64,000 nucleotides of DNA from Octopus sinensis (GCF_006345805.1 NC_043003.1:10168001-10232000), one strand, 5' to 3'. Counted from the first letter of the stretch, positions 24,803 through 39,170 are shown. Numbers and translations: made by a program. The notes: a model not told the origin generated them from the sequence alone.

Positions 24803-25031
24803 ACTTTTTCAATTCGTGAGCGTTATACTAATACATCTGTTTGTTTTCTACACCACCTGTCTTCGTATTTTGTTTTTTTCGTGAATTCTCTCCCTATACA
24901 TATATATATATATATGTATACAAAATTTAGAGGACAATTTTTAATCTTCGGATTTTTTTAAAATATGCTAAGCCACTGGTTTTAATTGATTTTAATTGAT
25001 TAATATCAATTTCTACCCCTATTTAATTTTA

Positions 25032-25073
<42 letters not shown>

Positions 25074-25607
25074 GCTCTTGAAAGTTCGAAAGTCATCTTG
25101 CACCATAGGGTTTCCCGGATTCTGTTCCATATATAATCCCCTTCTGGAGAGGACACCGGCACATGGCAGGATTATTCATTTTTGCCAGCTTAGTGAACTG
25201 GAGCTATGTAAAATGAAGTGTTTTGCTCAAAAGCTCATCGCATCGACCGGTGTAGGAATCAAAACCTCATGAGTACAACACCCCGACCACAAAGCCATGC
25301 ACTTCCACCTACATTGGTATAGATAGGTATACATATTGTTAGATACATAGATATACATATACATATTTATGTCCTCGTCGTCAAATTATTGGACGATTTA
25401 ACGATTCGCTATTAAGTATATATAAAATTAACATAAACAACAGTTTGCAATGTTCCACCATAAAGGAGAACTATAAATACTACTAAGTGACTGGGGAGTT
25501 TGGAAATACCTACAATGCAAGAAATAAGAGCTAAGGCGCTCATATTTGGCGGCAGTTATAATTCTCCTTTTTGATGAAACATTGCAAACCGCTGTTTATA
25601 TAAATAG

Positions 25608-25777
25608 AGGTACAGGAGTGGCTGTGAGGTAAGTAGCTTTCTTACCAACCATATGGTTCCGGGTTCAGTTCCACTGCATGGCACCTTAGGGAGGTGTCTT
25701 CTACTATAGCCTCGGGCCGACCAAAGCCTTGTGAGTGGATTTGGTAGACGGAAACTGAAAGAAAGACGGCCTATATA

Positions 25778-25824
<47 letters not shown>

Positions 25825-26036
25825 GTGTGTGTGTGTGTGTGTTTACCCCCCAACATCGCTTGACAACCGATGCTGGTGTGTTTACGTCCCCGTAACTTAG
25901 CGGTTCGGCAAAAGTGACCAATAAAATAAGTACTATGCTTACAAAGAATAAGTCTTGGGGTCGATTTCTTCCACTAAAGGCGGTACTCCAGCATGGACGC
26001 AGTCAAATGATTGAAACAAGTAAAAGAGAGTGAAGA

Positions 26037-26037
<1 letters not shown>
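25608..26037 (+). mobile_element. Full-length SINE family A
   Basis: Same architecture as 3104-3521. Confidence 0.9.
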
Positions 26038-26080
<43 letters not shown>

Positions 26081-26097
26081 ACTTTTGAATACATAAA

Positions 26098-26303
26098 TAT
26101 TCTTTTCTACTCTAGGCATAAGTCCCGGAATTTTGGGGAAGGGGGATAGTCGATTAGATCATCCCTAGTACGCAATTTAACGACCCTGGAAGGATGAAAG
26201 GCAAAATCGACCTCGAAGGAATTTGAACTCAGAACGTAAAGGCAGACGAAACACCGCTAAGCATTTTGCCCGGCGTGCTAACGATTCTGCCAGCTCGCCG
26301 CCT
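26098..26303 (-). mobile_element. SINE family B
   Basis: Reverse complement of the family B consensus, ending GCCAGCTCGCCGCC. Confidence 0.85.
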
Positions 26304-27132
26304 TTGAATTTATAAATATTGGATATAAATATTTCCTAAATACATACTGCAAACTTTAGCCATGCAAATCTCAATGTTTTGCAATAAATATTATTTAAAT
26401 TTGGTTTCGCATCTTTGTAGAATATCTTAATATATGAACCACACGTTGAAACACCATTGATATATCTTTAAACAAATTTACGTCGCAGTATTGTTTACTC
26501 TTCAGAGCTGAATGTGAGAAAAATATTTAATCGAGACGTTATATTTTCTTGATTTCTTTTCATAAGTCAATACCTTCTTTTTCTGCGGCCTTCTTTCTGA
26601 AAATATTTATTTTTTACATATGTATATTGAACATAAATAACACGAGAAACCAATACGTAAAATCTATTTTTCTCCCTTTTAAGTCGTTCAAACGGTTTTT
26701 ATCTGACACACAATTTGCCGCTTTTTTTTTTCTCGACAAAATTGTCGTGATTATATTTGTCCTATGAAAGATATATTTTACTTTATACATATTTCTTTGT
26801 GAATTTATGTGTGTTACGATGTAGAGATATTAGCGTACGTATGTATGCATAATGGCATGTGAAGGTATTTATACAAAATATGGTTTTAAAAAAGATCGTG
26901 ATAAAATAAACTAGATTTTCCTGATCAAGCTAAATATATTTCGGCGCTTCACTGGAATGATTTACATAATTCAATGTTTTAATATTTAATACCAATGCAC
27001 GGTCAGTTTTCTTTATATATCTGTGAGGCCCTCTTAAACAAAAGATTAATCAAGTGTACGAGAAAAAAATTTGCACTTTCTTATATGCATGTATATGTAT
27101 ATATATATGTATATATATATATATTAATATAT

Positions 27133-27163
<31 letters not shown>

Positions 27164-27310
27164 GTATATGTATTATATATAACATATGTGTATATTATAT
27201 ATACACATATAATATATGTATATATATACATATATATATGTATATAAGTGTATATATATATGTATATATATATGGTGGTGTGTGTCTCAGTATGTATGTA
27301 TATATGTTAT

Positions 27311-27406
<96 letters not shown>

Positions 27407-27416
27407 GTAGATAGAT

Positions 27417-27812
27417 AGGCGTAGGAATGGCCGTGTGGTAAGTAACTTGCTTACCAACCACATGGTTCTGGGTTCAGTCTCACTGCGTGGCACCTTGGGC
27501 AAGTGTCTTCTACTGTAGCCTCGGGCCGACCAAAGTGAATTTGGTAGACGGAAACTGAAAGAAGCCCGTCGTATATATGTATGCATGTGCGTGTGTGTAT
27601 ATGTTTATGTGCCTGTTTTTGTCCCCTCAACATCGCTTGACAACCGATGGGGGTGGGTTTACGTCCCCGTAACTTAGCATTTCGGCAAAAGAGACCGATA
27701 GAATAAGTACTAGGCTCACAAAGAATAAGTCCTAGGGTCGATTAGCTCGACTAAAGGCGGTGCTCCTGCATGGCCAAAGTCAAATGACTGAAACAAGTAA
27801 AGAGTGAAAACA
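27417..27812 (+). mobile_element. Full-length SINE family A
   Basis: Same architecture as 3104-3521. Confidence 0.9.
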
Positions 27813-28115
27813 GAGCAATATATATATATATATATAATATATACTATATATATATATATATATATATCCGTGTATATCTCTATTATGCGTATATGTATAT
27901 AAGTATATTCATGGCCATCAAGCCTAGCCCTGTTTATCTGCATCATTATCTCCATACCATCGCAACTAGATTTTTCTTATAGCCGCTGTTTACACCGAGG
28001 ACCTCGTCCTCAATAAAGTCTTCACTATTTAGGGTCAAATCATGTGAGCACTACTACGTGTTTTCTATATTGGGCATCTCTAGCTCCTATCATTTGACTG
28101 TATATATACATATGC

Positions 28116-28154
<39 letters not shown>

Positions 28155-28394
28155 TATACACATATATGTATGCCTCTTACTGCGCCTAGGGTTAAGATAG
28201 TGCTATGTGGTGTTGCTCTTATTTCTAGTAATACCGTCTGTCAATAAATTTGCCTTTAGGTTAAATTGTTAATAAGCCACCCATATTTTTTATATAGTTT
28301 TCACTTCTACCCTTTTTGAAATCAGCACATGTTTACAGAGGTTTTTTTTTATAAGTCGAGGAGGTGAGTTGACCTTAACCCTAGGCGGAGTAAG

Positions 28395-28454
28395 AGCCAC
28401 TGACGAGAATTAAGATGTTCTGCATCAAAATTCGAAGTCACTAGTGATATGGCT
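28395..28454 (+). ncRNA. Minimal type-I hammerhead ribozyme-like motif, all three stems foldable
   Basis: AGCCA-CTGACGA-GAATT aa GATG ttctg CATC aa AATTC-GAAG-TCAC ta GTGA-T-A-TGGCT. Stem I is 5 bp, stem II is long, the cleavage triplet is AUA, and the only core deviation is A15.1 to G. Confidence 0.75.
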
Positions 28455-28719
28455 ATGTCTGCAGCCATAGAGAGCTATGTCTCCCTTGTCAGCTTACTAA
28501 GATAGTGCTTTTATGGCTAATGAGTTGTTTTGACTATTAATTCTAGCAATACTGGCACCATTTTATACCCTCTGTCATTTTAGTAACGTCTCTATATACA
28601 TACATACATATATATATATGTGTGTGTGTATGTATATATATGTATGCGTGGGCGTGTGTGTGTGTATGTTTATGCATATACATATATATATATATATATA
28701 TATTATATATAATATTATA

Positions 28720-29238
28720 TGTAGAAAAATACAAACTGGACAAGAACGTAAAACATTTAGAAGACGATACAAAAAACACGGACGGGACATTCGAAGCCTT
28801 CAATCTTCATATATATATATATGTATGTATATATACATATATATATATATGTGTGTGTGTGTGTATGTGTGTGTGTGTAAATTCAGGAATTATATGTGGT
28901 GAATATAGATTTACTTTTTCCATGTAACTTCCATGATTACGGCCGCTTCGTAACTCTCACGGTGCCATACTAGTTTCAGTATATAAAGATCATACGTACG
29001 TATTGTCATGTTTGCATTAATAGTGTTTTTCAGCATTATACAATACAGTTTTCTAATTCAGAAATGAATACAGAAACCTTATTTACCATATCACCGGATC
29101 ATCATGAGTATATCAACGATATACAAAATGGGACAAGAACGCAAAACATCCAAATAGACGATACAAAAAACACGGACGGGTCAATCGAAGCCTTTAATCT
29201 TCAGTCAAGAACTGGAACATCCTCGCAATTTCGCCTGA
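28720..29238. repeat. Short direct repeat (28720-28808 / 29125-29238), third partial copy at 50990-51040
   Basis: ATACAAA(C)TGGGACAAGAACG...GACGATACAAAAAACACGGACGGG...TCGAAGCCTT; each copy abuts (AT)n. Confidence 0.75.
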
Positions 29239-29911
29239 TATATATATATATATATATTAATATATATATATATATATATATACATACACACACGCACAGG
29301 CGCGTATACGAGTAACTCTAGTTGTCAGATAAAGATATCTAAAATTTAGGAATGAACTACACAAAAATTGTATTCTATGTATAATAAGATCATTTTCTAT
29401 AGTTATTTACACGGAGATTATTCGAATTAGTAGTGAATATTATTTCATATATACTTCTAGTAAATTAAAAGAAGTTATCTTGCTTATATATATTTTAAAG
29501 CTAATTAGAAGAAGATATCATATAGCAACTGTTTACATGATCCTTCGCTAGGAAGATTTATCATTAGAATCTAAGGAGAAAATTAGTCTAAAACAATGTT
29601 TGTGCAAACACGGGAACGGTATATAAAGACAAGACTAATTAGCAGTAATTAGCGCATAATAACCAGCCACACCAACACACATTAATATACTAACACACAT
29701 GATTAGATATGTCTATATATATATATATATGTATACATTTATACACCTCTATACGTATAGATACACACACATACACACACACACATATATATATAGACAC
29801 GATTAGATATGTAAATATATATATGTATATATTTATATACATGTATACGTATAGATTCATACATATATATATATATATATATATCTATATATGTGTGTGT
29901 GTGTGTGTATG

Positions 29912-29950
<39 letters not shown>

Positions 29951-30402
29951 TATATATATATGCATATATATATATATATTTATATCAATATACATACATA
30001 TAACATCTGTGTGTATGCATGTCTCTGAATATTATGTGTTGTATGTCATAATGTATAGATACATATAATACACACACATATATATTTCAAAATGACATAC
30101 AACGAAATACGAATATATATATATATATATAGCTATATATGCATGTATGTATGTATGTATACATAAACACTTGTGTGTATATGTGTGTGTGCCTCATAAT
30201 TTCTATGTCATTTCATTACACAACTGTATACACACTATATGTTTCATGTTTAACAGACTGAAAGAACATGTATACATATACATATACATGTGTACATATA
30301 TATATATATATATACGCACACACATAGAAATACATACATATAGTATATTATTATATAAATATGTGTACGTATATATATATATATTTATACACACACTCAT
30401 AT

Positions 30403-30441
<39 letters not shown>

Positions 30442-30507
30442 GGATGTGTGTGTCTGTGTATGTATATGTATGTGAGTGTGTCATTGTGTGCTTGTGTGTG
30501 TGTGTGC

Positions 30508-30544
<37 letters not shown>

Positions 30545-30951
30545 CATGTATCCTTGTATGCATTGGATTAGCTCCGAGCAAATATGTAAGCAGGTGGGTG
30601 TACTCATGAACGCACCAGTATTTATTCGTTTTGGATTTTACATAAACCACCACCGCACATTACTGCTCCTCTCACCACCACTCCATCATAAGTTAAATAA
30701 ACGGTAATACCTCTCACGTTTCCTGCAACTACACGAGGATTATTTTCTTAATCTTAACGGAAGGATTTTGTGCAATGTCTTATGACATTACTGCCTTGCC
30801 TACGAAGCAACCTGTCAAAACAAACTGCATTATTCGGATATATTACACTTCAGAAACTATCAATAACCACTGTTTTACACTCACTTGCCTCTCTAATCTC
30901 CCGACGTATTTCTATTTGCGTTAAACCGTATTAAAATACTAATTACATACG

Positions 30952-30986
<35 letters not shown>

Positions 30987-31012
30987 ATCTGTATTTATAT
31001 ATATATATAGAG

Positions 31013-31082
<70 letters not shown>

Positions 31083-31364
31083 TATATATATATATGTATG
31101 TATGCATATGCGTTTATATGCATATATGTGTGTGTGTGTGTGTGTGTGAACTATATGCATATTTGTATGCAAGTATAAATGCAGATGAATTTCTGATACA
31201 TCCTCGATTATATATGCGTGCATGTGCACTCGCTATTTATATGCGATCATGTGTATACATGCATGTTAACTAGTTGTCTATCGCTTTATCTGTCTGTCTA
31301 TTTGTCTGTCTGTCTGTCTGTCTGACTCTGTCTCTCTCTTCAAGATATATATATATGTATATAT

Positions 31365-31930
31365 AAAGTGCGCTGTGATTAAATTGTTTTCTAAATTACA
31401 CAAAAATGAAAATAACTCTGCCATCTCATTTTAACAGATATATTTACCATAATTACATTGAAATATCTTCAAATACTAATGAGTAATTTGATTCAATAAA
31501 TTCGCCATTGGCTTCAACTACGGCTTCAACACGACTTTAGAATTTCCTGAAAATCTTCTGGACGGTGTCCTTCTTTAAATTGGTGAATGCAGCCATAATC
31601 CTTGCTTTCAGTTCATTTTTGGGTATTACAAGGAGATTTGTTGGTCTCTTGCTAAATTTGCGCCACACATGATAATCAAGGGGGTTGCAGTGTAGGGAGT
31701 TAGGTGGCCAGATGTTAGGGGTGATGTGATCACAGAAAGTGTCTCACAGCCATGACTGGGTTTTCCTGCACGTGTGGCATGGTGCAGAGTCCTGTTCCCA
31801 GAAATAAGGTGTAAGCCTCCATGTTGTGTGTGAGACTGTGTAGGTAGCCGAATGGAGGCATAACGTCGTCATCACTAGAGATCAATCCAAACACCATGAT
31901 GTTGACTGGATGTCTGATTTTTATCACTCT
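31365..31930 (-). mobile_element. 3' half of a DD37D (maT-type) Tc1/mariner transposon, decayed
   Basis: Reverse complement is homologous to 41130-41710 (HPVNIMVFG...QENP...DHITPNIWPPNS...NPLDY region). Confidence 0.85.
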
Positions 31931-32704
31931 CGGTAAATATCCTCAGATTGCACTGTCCTTAGATTTACACCCAAACACTCTGAAATGTTCGTATTAGAGC
32001 TGGCTTGAATAGGTAACACGACTCTTTAATTTCGGGGAAGCGGGTGTAAATCGATTACATCGATCCCAATGTTCGACTGGTAGTAATTTTATCGAGATTA
32101 TAAAAAACAAAATCAATCATGGCGGAATTCGGGATTAGAAAGTAAAGACGGACGAAATGCCGCTAAGCATTTTGTCCGGCGTGTTATCGGTTTTGCTGCC
32201 TTCTAGTATCCTATATATTGTTCTTTTATACTTTCATTTGTTTCAGTCATTTCCCTGCGGCCATGCAGGAGCACCTCCTTTTAGTCGAACAAATGGACCC
32301 CAGGACCTATTCTTTGTAAGCCTAGTACTCACTCCATCGTTCGATTTAGCTGAACCGCTAAGTTACGGGGACGTAAACACACAAGCATCTGTTGCCAATC
32401 GATGTTGGGGGGCAATGATGAAGGAAGAGGAGCATTTAACAGCGCCACCAACTGCAATGAGTGACGTGTGATATCCCTGACGATCTCCAATGTAAAAGAA
32501 GTCGAAAGAATTATATAGCAACCAACAACGAGGAGTATGACAACCGAAGGTTGAAAGGGAGCTCCCCAAGAACCTATTCACTTCGCGATGTCTTGTCACG
32601 CCGCCTCGAATTTGTGGGACTACTCAACAAGGGCCAGAAGAGGAAAAGAGTCTGCAAACCACAGGATGACCAGGTATGGCTATGTTTCCTATGTGCATAA
32701 TGGT

Positions 32705-32833
32705 GAGGATGATGATGATGATCAGCATCATCAACATAGTGGTAACTGTGGTGATGATGATGATGATGATGATGATGATAAAGATGATGATGATGACGAT
32801 GATGAAGATGATGATGAAGACGATGATGAAGAC

Positions 32834-32870
<37 letters not shown>

Positions 32871-32915
32871 TTCATGATGAAGACGATGATGATGATGTTC
32901 ATGATGATGATGTTC

Positions 32916-32953
<38 letters not shown>

Positions 32954-32955
32954 AA
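32705..32955. repeat. (GAT)n-rich microsatellite
   Basis: Directly visible; source of the poly-D/H/M/I ORFs. Confidence 0.95.
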
Positions 32956-33314
32956 TTTGCGAAACTTCGCTTCGAGTTATATGAGTAGATGAAGTCACAG
33001 AGGCTTTGTGCCGTTGCAAAGCGCCATAGATTAGCTAGCACTTGCCTAATCAACAGAACAGAAAGTCAAACGCTTCAAATCCCATGATGCAACCTAACAT
33101 GTCGATTATGTCACATTTCATAGAATGATATGACCTATGACCTTGGGAACTGCTCACTAATGCCATCGTTGCTTTGATGTTCTTGCTACTGGTTTATATA
33201 ATTCCAGCAGACGTGTGAAGGATTGGCCTCATTGTAATATAATATAAAGTAATGTAATATATATATATATATATATAATATAATATATCGTATGATATAA
33301 TATTGCATAACAAT

Positions 33315-33345
<31 letters not shown>

Positions 33346-33401
33346 ATACATACATAAATATGTATGTAGGTATGTGTGTGTGTGTGTGTTTGTGTGTGTG
33401 T

Positions 33402-33510
33402 GTGGAGGCGCAATGGCTCAGTGGTTAGCGCAGCGGACTCGCGGTCGTATATCACGTTTTCGATTCCCAGACCGGGCGTTGTGTGTGTTTATTGAGCGAA
33501 AACGCCTGAG
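33402..33510 (+). mobile_element. SINE family C, 5' fragment
   Basis: TGGAGGCGCAATGGCTCAGTGGTTAGC...TTTCGATTCCCAGACCGGGCG head as at 21682. Confidence 0.8.
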
Positions 33511-34484
33511 GTTCCACGTGGCTCTGTCAAGGGGTTGTTGGGAAGTCTGCTGGGCTCTTTCACTACGACTTCCTCTCACTCTTCCTTCCTTTTTCCATTG
33601 TATTTTCAACATTTCAGCTAGAAAGCAAATCTAACTAGTTTTGGTGTTTATTAGCGGTGACCAGAGACTTGCTAATGCTTTCACATGCACAGAGAGTAGA
33701 GTAGATCAGTGTATGAAAGTTTGATTAAGAAGTCTCGCCTTACAATCATTTAGTTTAAATTTCAGTCGCACTGCGCGGCAACATGTGTAAGCGTCTTCTG
33801 CTATAGTTCAATGCCCTGAAGCTATAAAACACCCTTCACACACACACACACACACACACATACGTGTGGAGGGGAGGACCTTGGATGGGCTTGCCCCCAA
33901 AACATATGTTCCTTTTTTCACAGCTTCATAACTTAGCGTTCCTGCAAAAATGATACTAGAGTAAGTACCAGATTTAAATATGTACTTGTGCCTCTTTGTT
34001 CGGCTAAACCCTTCAAGGCAGTGTCCCAGTATGGTCGTAATCCAATGAATGATTGGAAACTAGTAAGAATATTAAAGAGAGCAGAGGATGCACAAACTCC
34101 GACAAAGCTAAACTATTCTTGAAAATTTCGTAACAGTGAAATGCATTAATTTATGCTAATTAAATGTTCAGACATACAGAAATGTAAAATAAGCCTTACA
34201 TATGTTTCTTTTGAGTAAACAAACATTCTCGCATCACTTTAGCAAATAAAAAGAAAACTATGCTTAAACCATCTGTTTATTTATATTAACAATCTCTCGT
34301 AGTGTTTCTATTAATTCGTTCATTTATACAGTAATTTAAGCAAACTCACAGAGTTTTCTCTGATTTTCTTTTTCTCAAATAGATATAATCTCTTAGATTC
34401 TCAGCAGCCATTTACTGACAAACAAGTAACAGACACCGAAACAACCAAGATCGTTGTGAAATATATCTAAACATTAGGCAATAT

Positions 34485-34655
34485 AGGCGCAGGAGTGGCT
34501 GTGTGGTAAGTCGCTTCTTTACCAACCACTTGGTTCCGGGTTCAGTCCCACTGCGTGGCATTTTGGGCAAGTGTCTTCTACTATGGCCTTGGGCCGACCA
34601 AAGCCATATGAGTGAATTCGGTAGATGAAAAGAAGCCCGTAGTATATATACATAC

Positions 34656-34688
<33 letters not shown>

Positions 34689-35150
34689 ATATAATATATA
34701 TATAATATATATATATACACCACACACACACACACACACACATGTAAGCGCAGGAGTGGTTCTGTGGTAAGTAGCTTGTTTACCAACAACATAGTTTCCG
34801 GTTCAATCCCACTGCATGGCATCTTGGGCAAGTGTCTTTTACCATAGCCTCGTGCTGACCAAAGCCTTGTGAGTGGAATTGGTAGAGGGAAACTGAAAGA
34901 AGCCCGTCGTTTATATAGATATATGTGTGTGTGTGTGTGTATTTTGTGTTTGTCGCCCCAACATCGATTGACAACAGATGCTGGTGTGTTTACATCCCCA
35001 TAACTTAGCGGTTCAGTTAAATCGAACGATGGAGTGAATACTAGGCTTACAAAGAATAGGTCCTGGGGTCCATTTGCTCGACTAAAAGGCGGTGCTCCAG
35101 CATGGCTGCAGTGAAATGGCTGAAACAAATGAAAGTATAAAAGAACAATA
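34485..35150 (+). mobile_element. Tandem SINE family A (head-only copy followed by a full copy)
   Basis: Two GCAGGAGTGG heads at about 34487 and 34748; the second continues to the 3' tail. Confidence 0.85.
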
Positions 35151-35671
35151 TATAGGATACTAGAAGGCAGCAAAACCGATAACGCGCCGGACGAAATGCT
35201 TAGCGGCATTTCGTCCGTCTTTACTTTCTGATTCCGAATTCCTCCAAGATTGATTTTGCCTTTTATAATCTCGATAAAATTTCTACCAGTTGAACATTGG
35301 GGTCGATGTAATCGATTTACACCCGCTTCCCCGAAATTTCAATTTTTGTACCAAAATTTGAAATCAATGTATAGAATACCAGAGATATAAATGAAATAAC
35401 TCGAAGAAAGAACGGTTCCAAAGTTTGGCTTCGATCCAACAATCTTAGAGGGAATGAGTGAGTGTATTACATTAGCCTCCCCCACCACCACCGTTCTTGA
35501 CTGGTATTTTTTTATCAATTCTGAAAGAATGAAAGGTTAAGATGACCGTGACAATATCTGATTTCCCAACGTAAGGTCAGAAGAACGTAAAGCTGCTTCG
35601 TCAATCTGAACGACTCTCACAGAAAAAAAATAAAGAACTATTAAATATGCTCGCCATTATTAAAGAGTCGT

Positions 35672-36293
35672 TTGAGAGGCAGTGAGGTGGCAGAATCGTT
35701 AGCACGCCGGGCGAAATGCTTAGTGGTAGTTCGTCTGCCGTTACGTTCTGAGCTCAAATTCTGCCGAGGTCGACTTTGCCTTCACCCTTTCGAGGTCGAT
35801 AAATTACGTACCAGTTACGCACTGGGTTCGATTAATCGACTTAATACATTTGTCTGTCCTTGTTTGTCCCCTCTATGTTTAGCCCCTTGTGGGTAAGAAA
35901 GAAATAGGTATTTCGTCTGCCGCTACGTTCTGAGTTCAAATTCTGCCGAGGTCGACTTTGCCTTTCATCCTTTCGGGGTCGATTAAATAAGTACCAGTTA
36001 CACACTGGGCTCTATGTAATCGACTTAATCCGTTTGTCTGTCCTTGTTTGTCCCCTCTATGTTTAGCCCCTAGTAGGTAATAAAGAAATAAAAAATAAGA
36101 ATCGGTAGCACGTTGGCGGAAAGGCTTAGCGTTCTCTCGCCCGTCGTTACGTTCTGAGTTCAAATTCCGCCGAGGTCGACTTTGTCTTTCATGCTTTCGA
36201 TGTCGATGAAATAAATACCAGTTGAACACTGGAATTAATGTAATCGACGTACCCTCGATCCCAAACCTGCTGGCCTTGTGCCAAAATTTGAAT
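35672..36293 (+). mobile_element. Head-to-tail trimer of SINE family B inside one 18-bp TSD
   Basis: CCATTATTAAAGAGTCGT at 35654-35671 and 36294-36311 brackets three GAGTTCAAATT...GTCGAT units. Confidence 0.88.
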
Positions 36294-37782
36294 CCATTAT
36301 TAAAGAGTCGTGTTACCATTAAATGATCTTACGATAAGTTATATCTCCGGCAGCAAGAAACAGCCATAAGATTTCCCATGTTTTCCATTCAACAATACAA
36401 AAAACACCAAGAAATCGAATACTTCAATTTCGTTATATGGATACTGTTTGCTATGATTTCGTTGGCTTTGAGGCAAACTTATTCTTTAAAAAAATTATCA
36501 GTATTATTAGATTAAAAACATAAATTTTCTTAAATTATCAGTGATAGTGTATAACGAAAATCTATTATGATACATAACACAAGGGCGTTGAATTAAATAG
36601 CTTTAGTCTCTGATATTACCTTCCCGCAACTAATCTGTAAGACTACTAGAATTAATATACTTCGTTAGCTATTGGCTGACAGGGTTTAAACTATGGAAAT
36701 CTTGTTTTTCTTTCCACCTATCCGAGTTCTTGTTCCATGGCTCTTACAAGAAGAAAACATTAATGAAGTTAAAACAAAGAAAATCATTTCTATTACATTG
36801 TTAGCTTTATATTCTGGGGGTGGCTTGTGGGTGGAGTTCTGCCAGAAATTAAGTGCCAGGCATGGCTGAGCATCTGGAATTTTAGCAGATTTGAGTGAAC
36901 AAAATTACCACCGATCGTAGATGGAGCTAACGTAAGTATAATATAGTAAAAGATAGCCGCGTGTAGCTGTAAGACATTAAGTCATTTATAACATATTTAT
37001 ACTGAAGACAGTGTAAGAATATATACATTTAACAGAGAAGCGAGGGTATCAGGAGAGTAGATAGATAAAGAATAATGAGATTGCGCGTTTTAACATCTCT
37101 TATAGATGTACAGTAAACGCAATGTTTAAAACTATGTAAAAGGATTTGAGTTTTTTAAATCTGTTTAGAAATTAATAAATATTTATAGCATATTAAAGTT
37201 ACATTGGACTAAGTTCAAAGAGTTAAGCAAAATGAAATCAGCATCAGGAATTATCTCTAAAGGAACTTATATTGCGTAGATATCCAAGTTAAAATGTTGG
37301 CAGTATTAAGATTTCAGTACATAAGAGACAGAGATGTATTAAAATTTATTTTAGTTTGAATGTTATTCGCTAAAGGCACTCCTTCGTGTGGAATAAGTAT
37401 TGATTAAATAGATAACCTTACATGATTTATAATCTTTAAACACCTTAAACACTTTGAATAAGTTTGATGGAACAAACTTAAAATAGTTACAATGTTTTAA
37501 ATCACTCATGGCAACGAAATAGTGAAAACGAACATCTTGAGGTGGGCTAAATGTTTAAATTATACACCACAGGCACTGGATAAAAGAATTTTACACCGTA
37601 TTAATCACAAAATGTACAATGATACCCAAAATAAAAAACATTAGGTCACGACCTGAAACTGCGATAAATCTGAAAATGCTTGATGGAATGGCCTCTAAGC
37701 TATTCTGTTAGAGAAATTGTTAGGTACTGAAGTATGTCACGATGCCTTGGAAGTAATTCTGTTATTCTGCTTTCCTCTACAG

Positions 37783-37801
37783 AATCTCAAGGAATTCGAT
37801 C
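37783..37801 (+). other. Candidate 19-nt micro-exon
   Basis: TTCTGTTATTCTGCTTTCCTCTACAG|AATCTCAAGGAATTCGATC|GTATGT. Confidence 0.3.
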
Positions 37802-39170
37802 GTATGTAATTCCATTTAATTTCGAAACGTTTCATTGATTAGTGAGTTATTTTGGGAATAAATGAGTTGGAATGGATCAGAGATATAAAGCGTAAAGAAG
37901 AAAATTATGAAACGAAGGAAAGGGAAGGGAAAGAAAAACGAAGTTGGAAGTGGGTAGGAGCAGAGATAAAGAGTAGGAAACGAAGCTAAATTAACCTTAA
38001 TCTTAAGGCAACTGCTGCAACGACCTCTAAACGAATATCTTGAATTAGCTGCTGATTTTGGTGCTGCTGTTGTTGCAGATATTCCAGTTATTGTTGCCGT
38101 TTGCTATATCCAATCGTATTCTTATTTTATAGTTTTTTTCAATTTTTCTGAAATAGTTTCCAGTTTTCTGTCAGCATTCTTGTTTCCCTTTTTTTTTTTT
38201 CGTTTTTTTTTCTTATTTTCTGCTAATAGAAAGATTAAGCCAAATTTGGAATTAGTGTAAATCATATGAAAGAAAATGTGTTTATTCTATCGCTTATTTC
38301 CAGGCAAAATTAGACGCTATTGTAAAACGAGGTGGCGATTTTATTTGTAAATGTGTGCGTTTTGCTTTTCGTTCATTATTTCCCATCGACTTCTTTTCTT
38401 TTCTTTTAAATTAAAAATAAACTTTACAGTTGAAACATTTTCTAGAATGTTCTTCACATGAGAAATATTCAAATCTATTTTACCGTTCATGCAATTGATA
38501 AATTAAAAAAAAGAAAAAGACATTAATTTTGAGAAATTTCGGATGAATTGTTGCGGAATAAATATATTGCTAATTGCGAACAACAAAAAACATGAGCGTT
38601 ATATTTCGTTCATTTTTATAATAATGATGTATATTTTTTCATTGTGTCCAAAGGGGTGGAATTAAAATTAAGAAAACAGAATAGATGTCTTAATCAATCT
38701 AATTAATAAACATAATTTGTTATATGCTTTTCCCTTTTTAGTTTATGCGTAACGTAAGAAGGGAAAAATGTTTGTAATATTATCAATTAATTTGGGACAG
38801 GATATTTTAATGCACATATGTTGTGGTTGTGTTTGCTAGTATTATATTTGTATTTTTGCTATTATTTCATTTCGTATAAAAATGATGGAATGGTGAATGT
38901 CTACAAAATTGATAAACGGCAGCTGTGCTACATAATTGCAGGACAAAAACAAAAATAAAAGCAACAAACAAACACATGGTGTATGCCTTTGGGAATAAAT
39001 ATGATGAAATACATTCGCATAAACACATTTACGTACAAATGTGCTTCGTATACAGACATACGTATCAATATTGGTCATACATATACACACGGTTATACAT
39101 ATATATTAATATATATGTATATATTTATATATGTAGATACAAACGCATACATAAATACACATACTCATGC

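Larger units (their letters stand above)
32028..35338. repeat. ~380-bp inverted duplication (32028-32413 / 34955-35338) spanning a SINE A-SINE B junction
   Basis: Both arms share private features, e.g. TTCGATTTAGCTGAACC / GGTTCAGTTAAATCGAA and the unique linker CTTCTAGTATCCTATATATTGTTCTTTTATACTTTC. Confidence 0.9.

Noticed and set aside
32430-32705. Possible decayed RTE-like LINE 3' end before (GAT)n
   Set aside because: Similarity (SRRLEFVG vs RRLxFAGH) is too weak to call without alignment.
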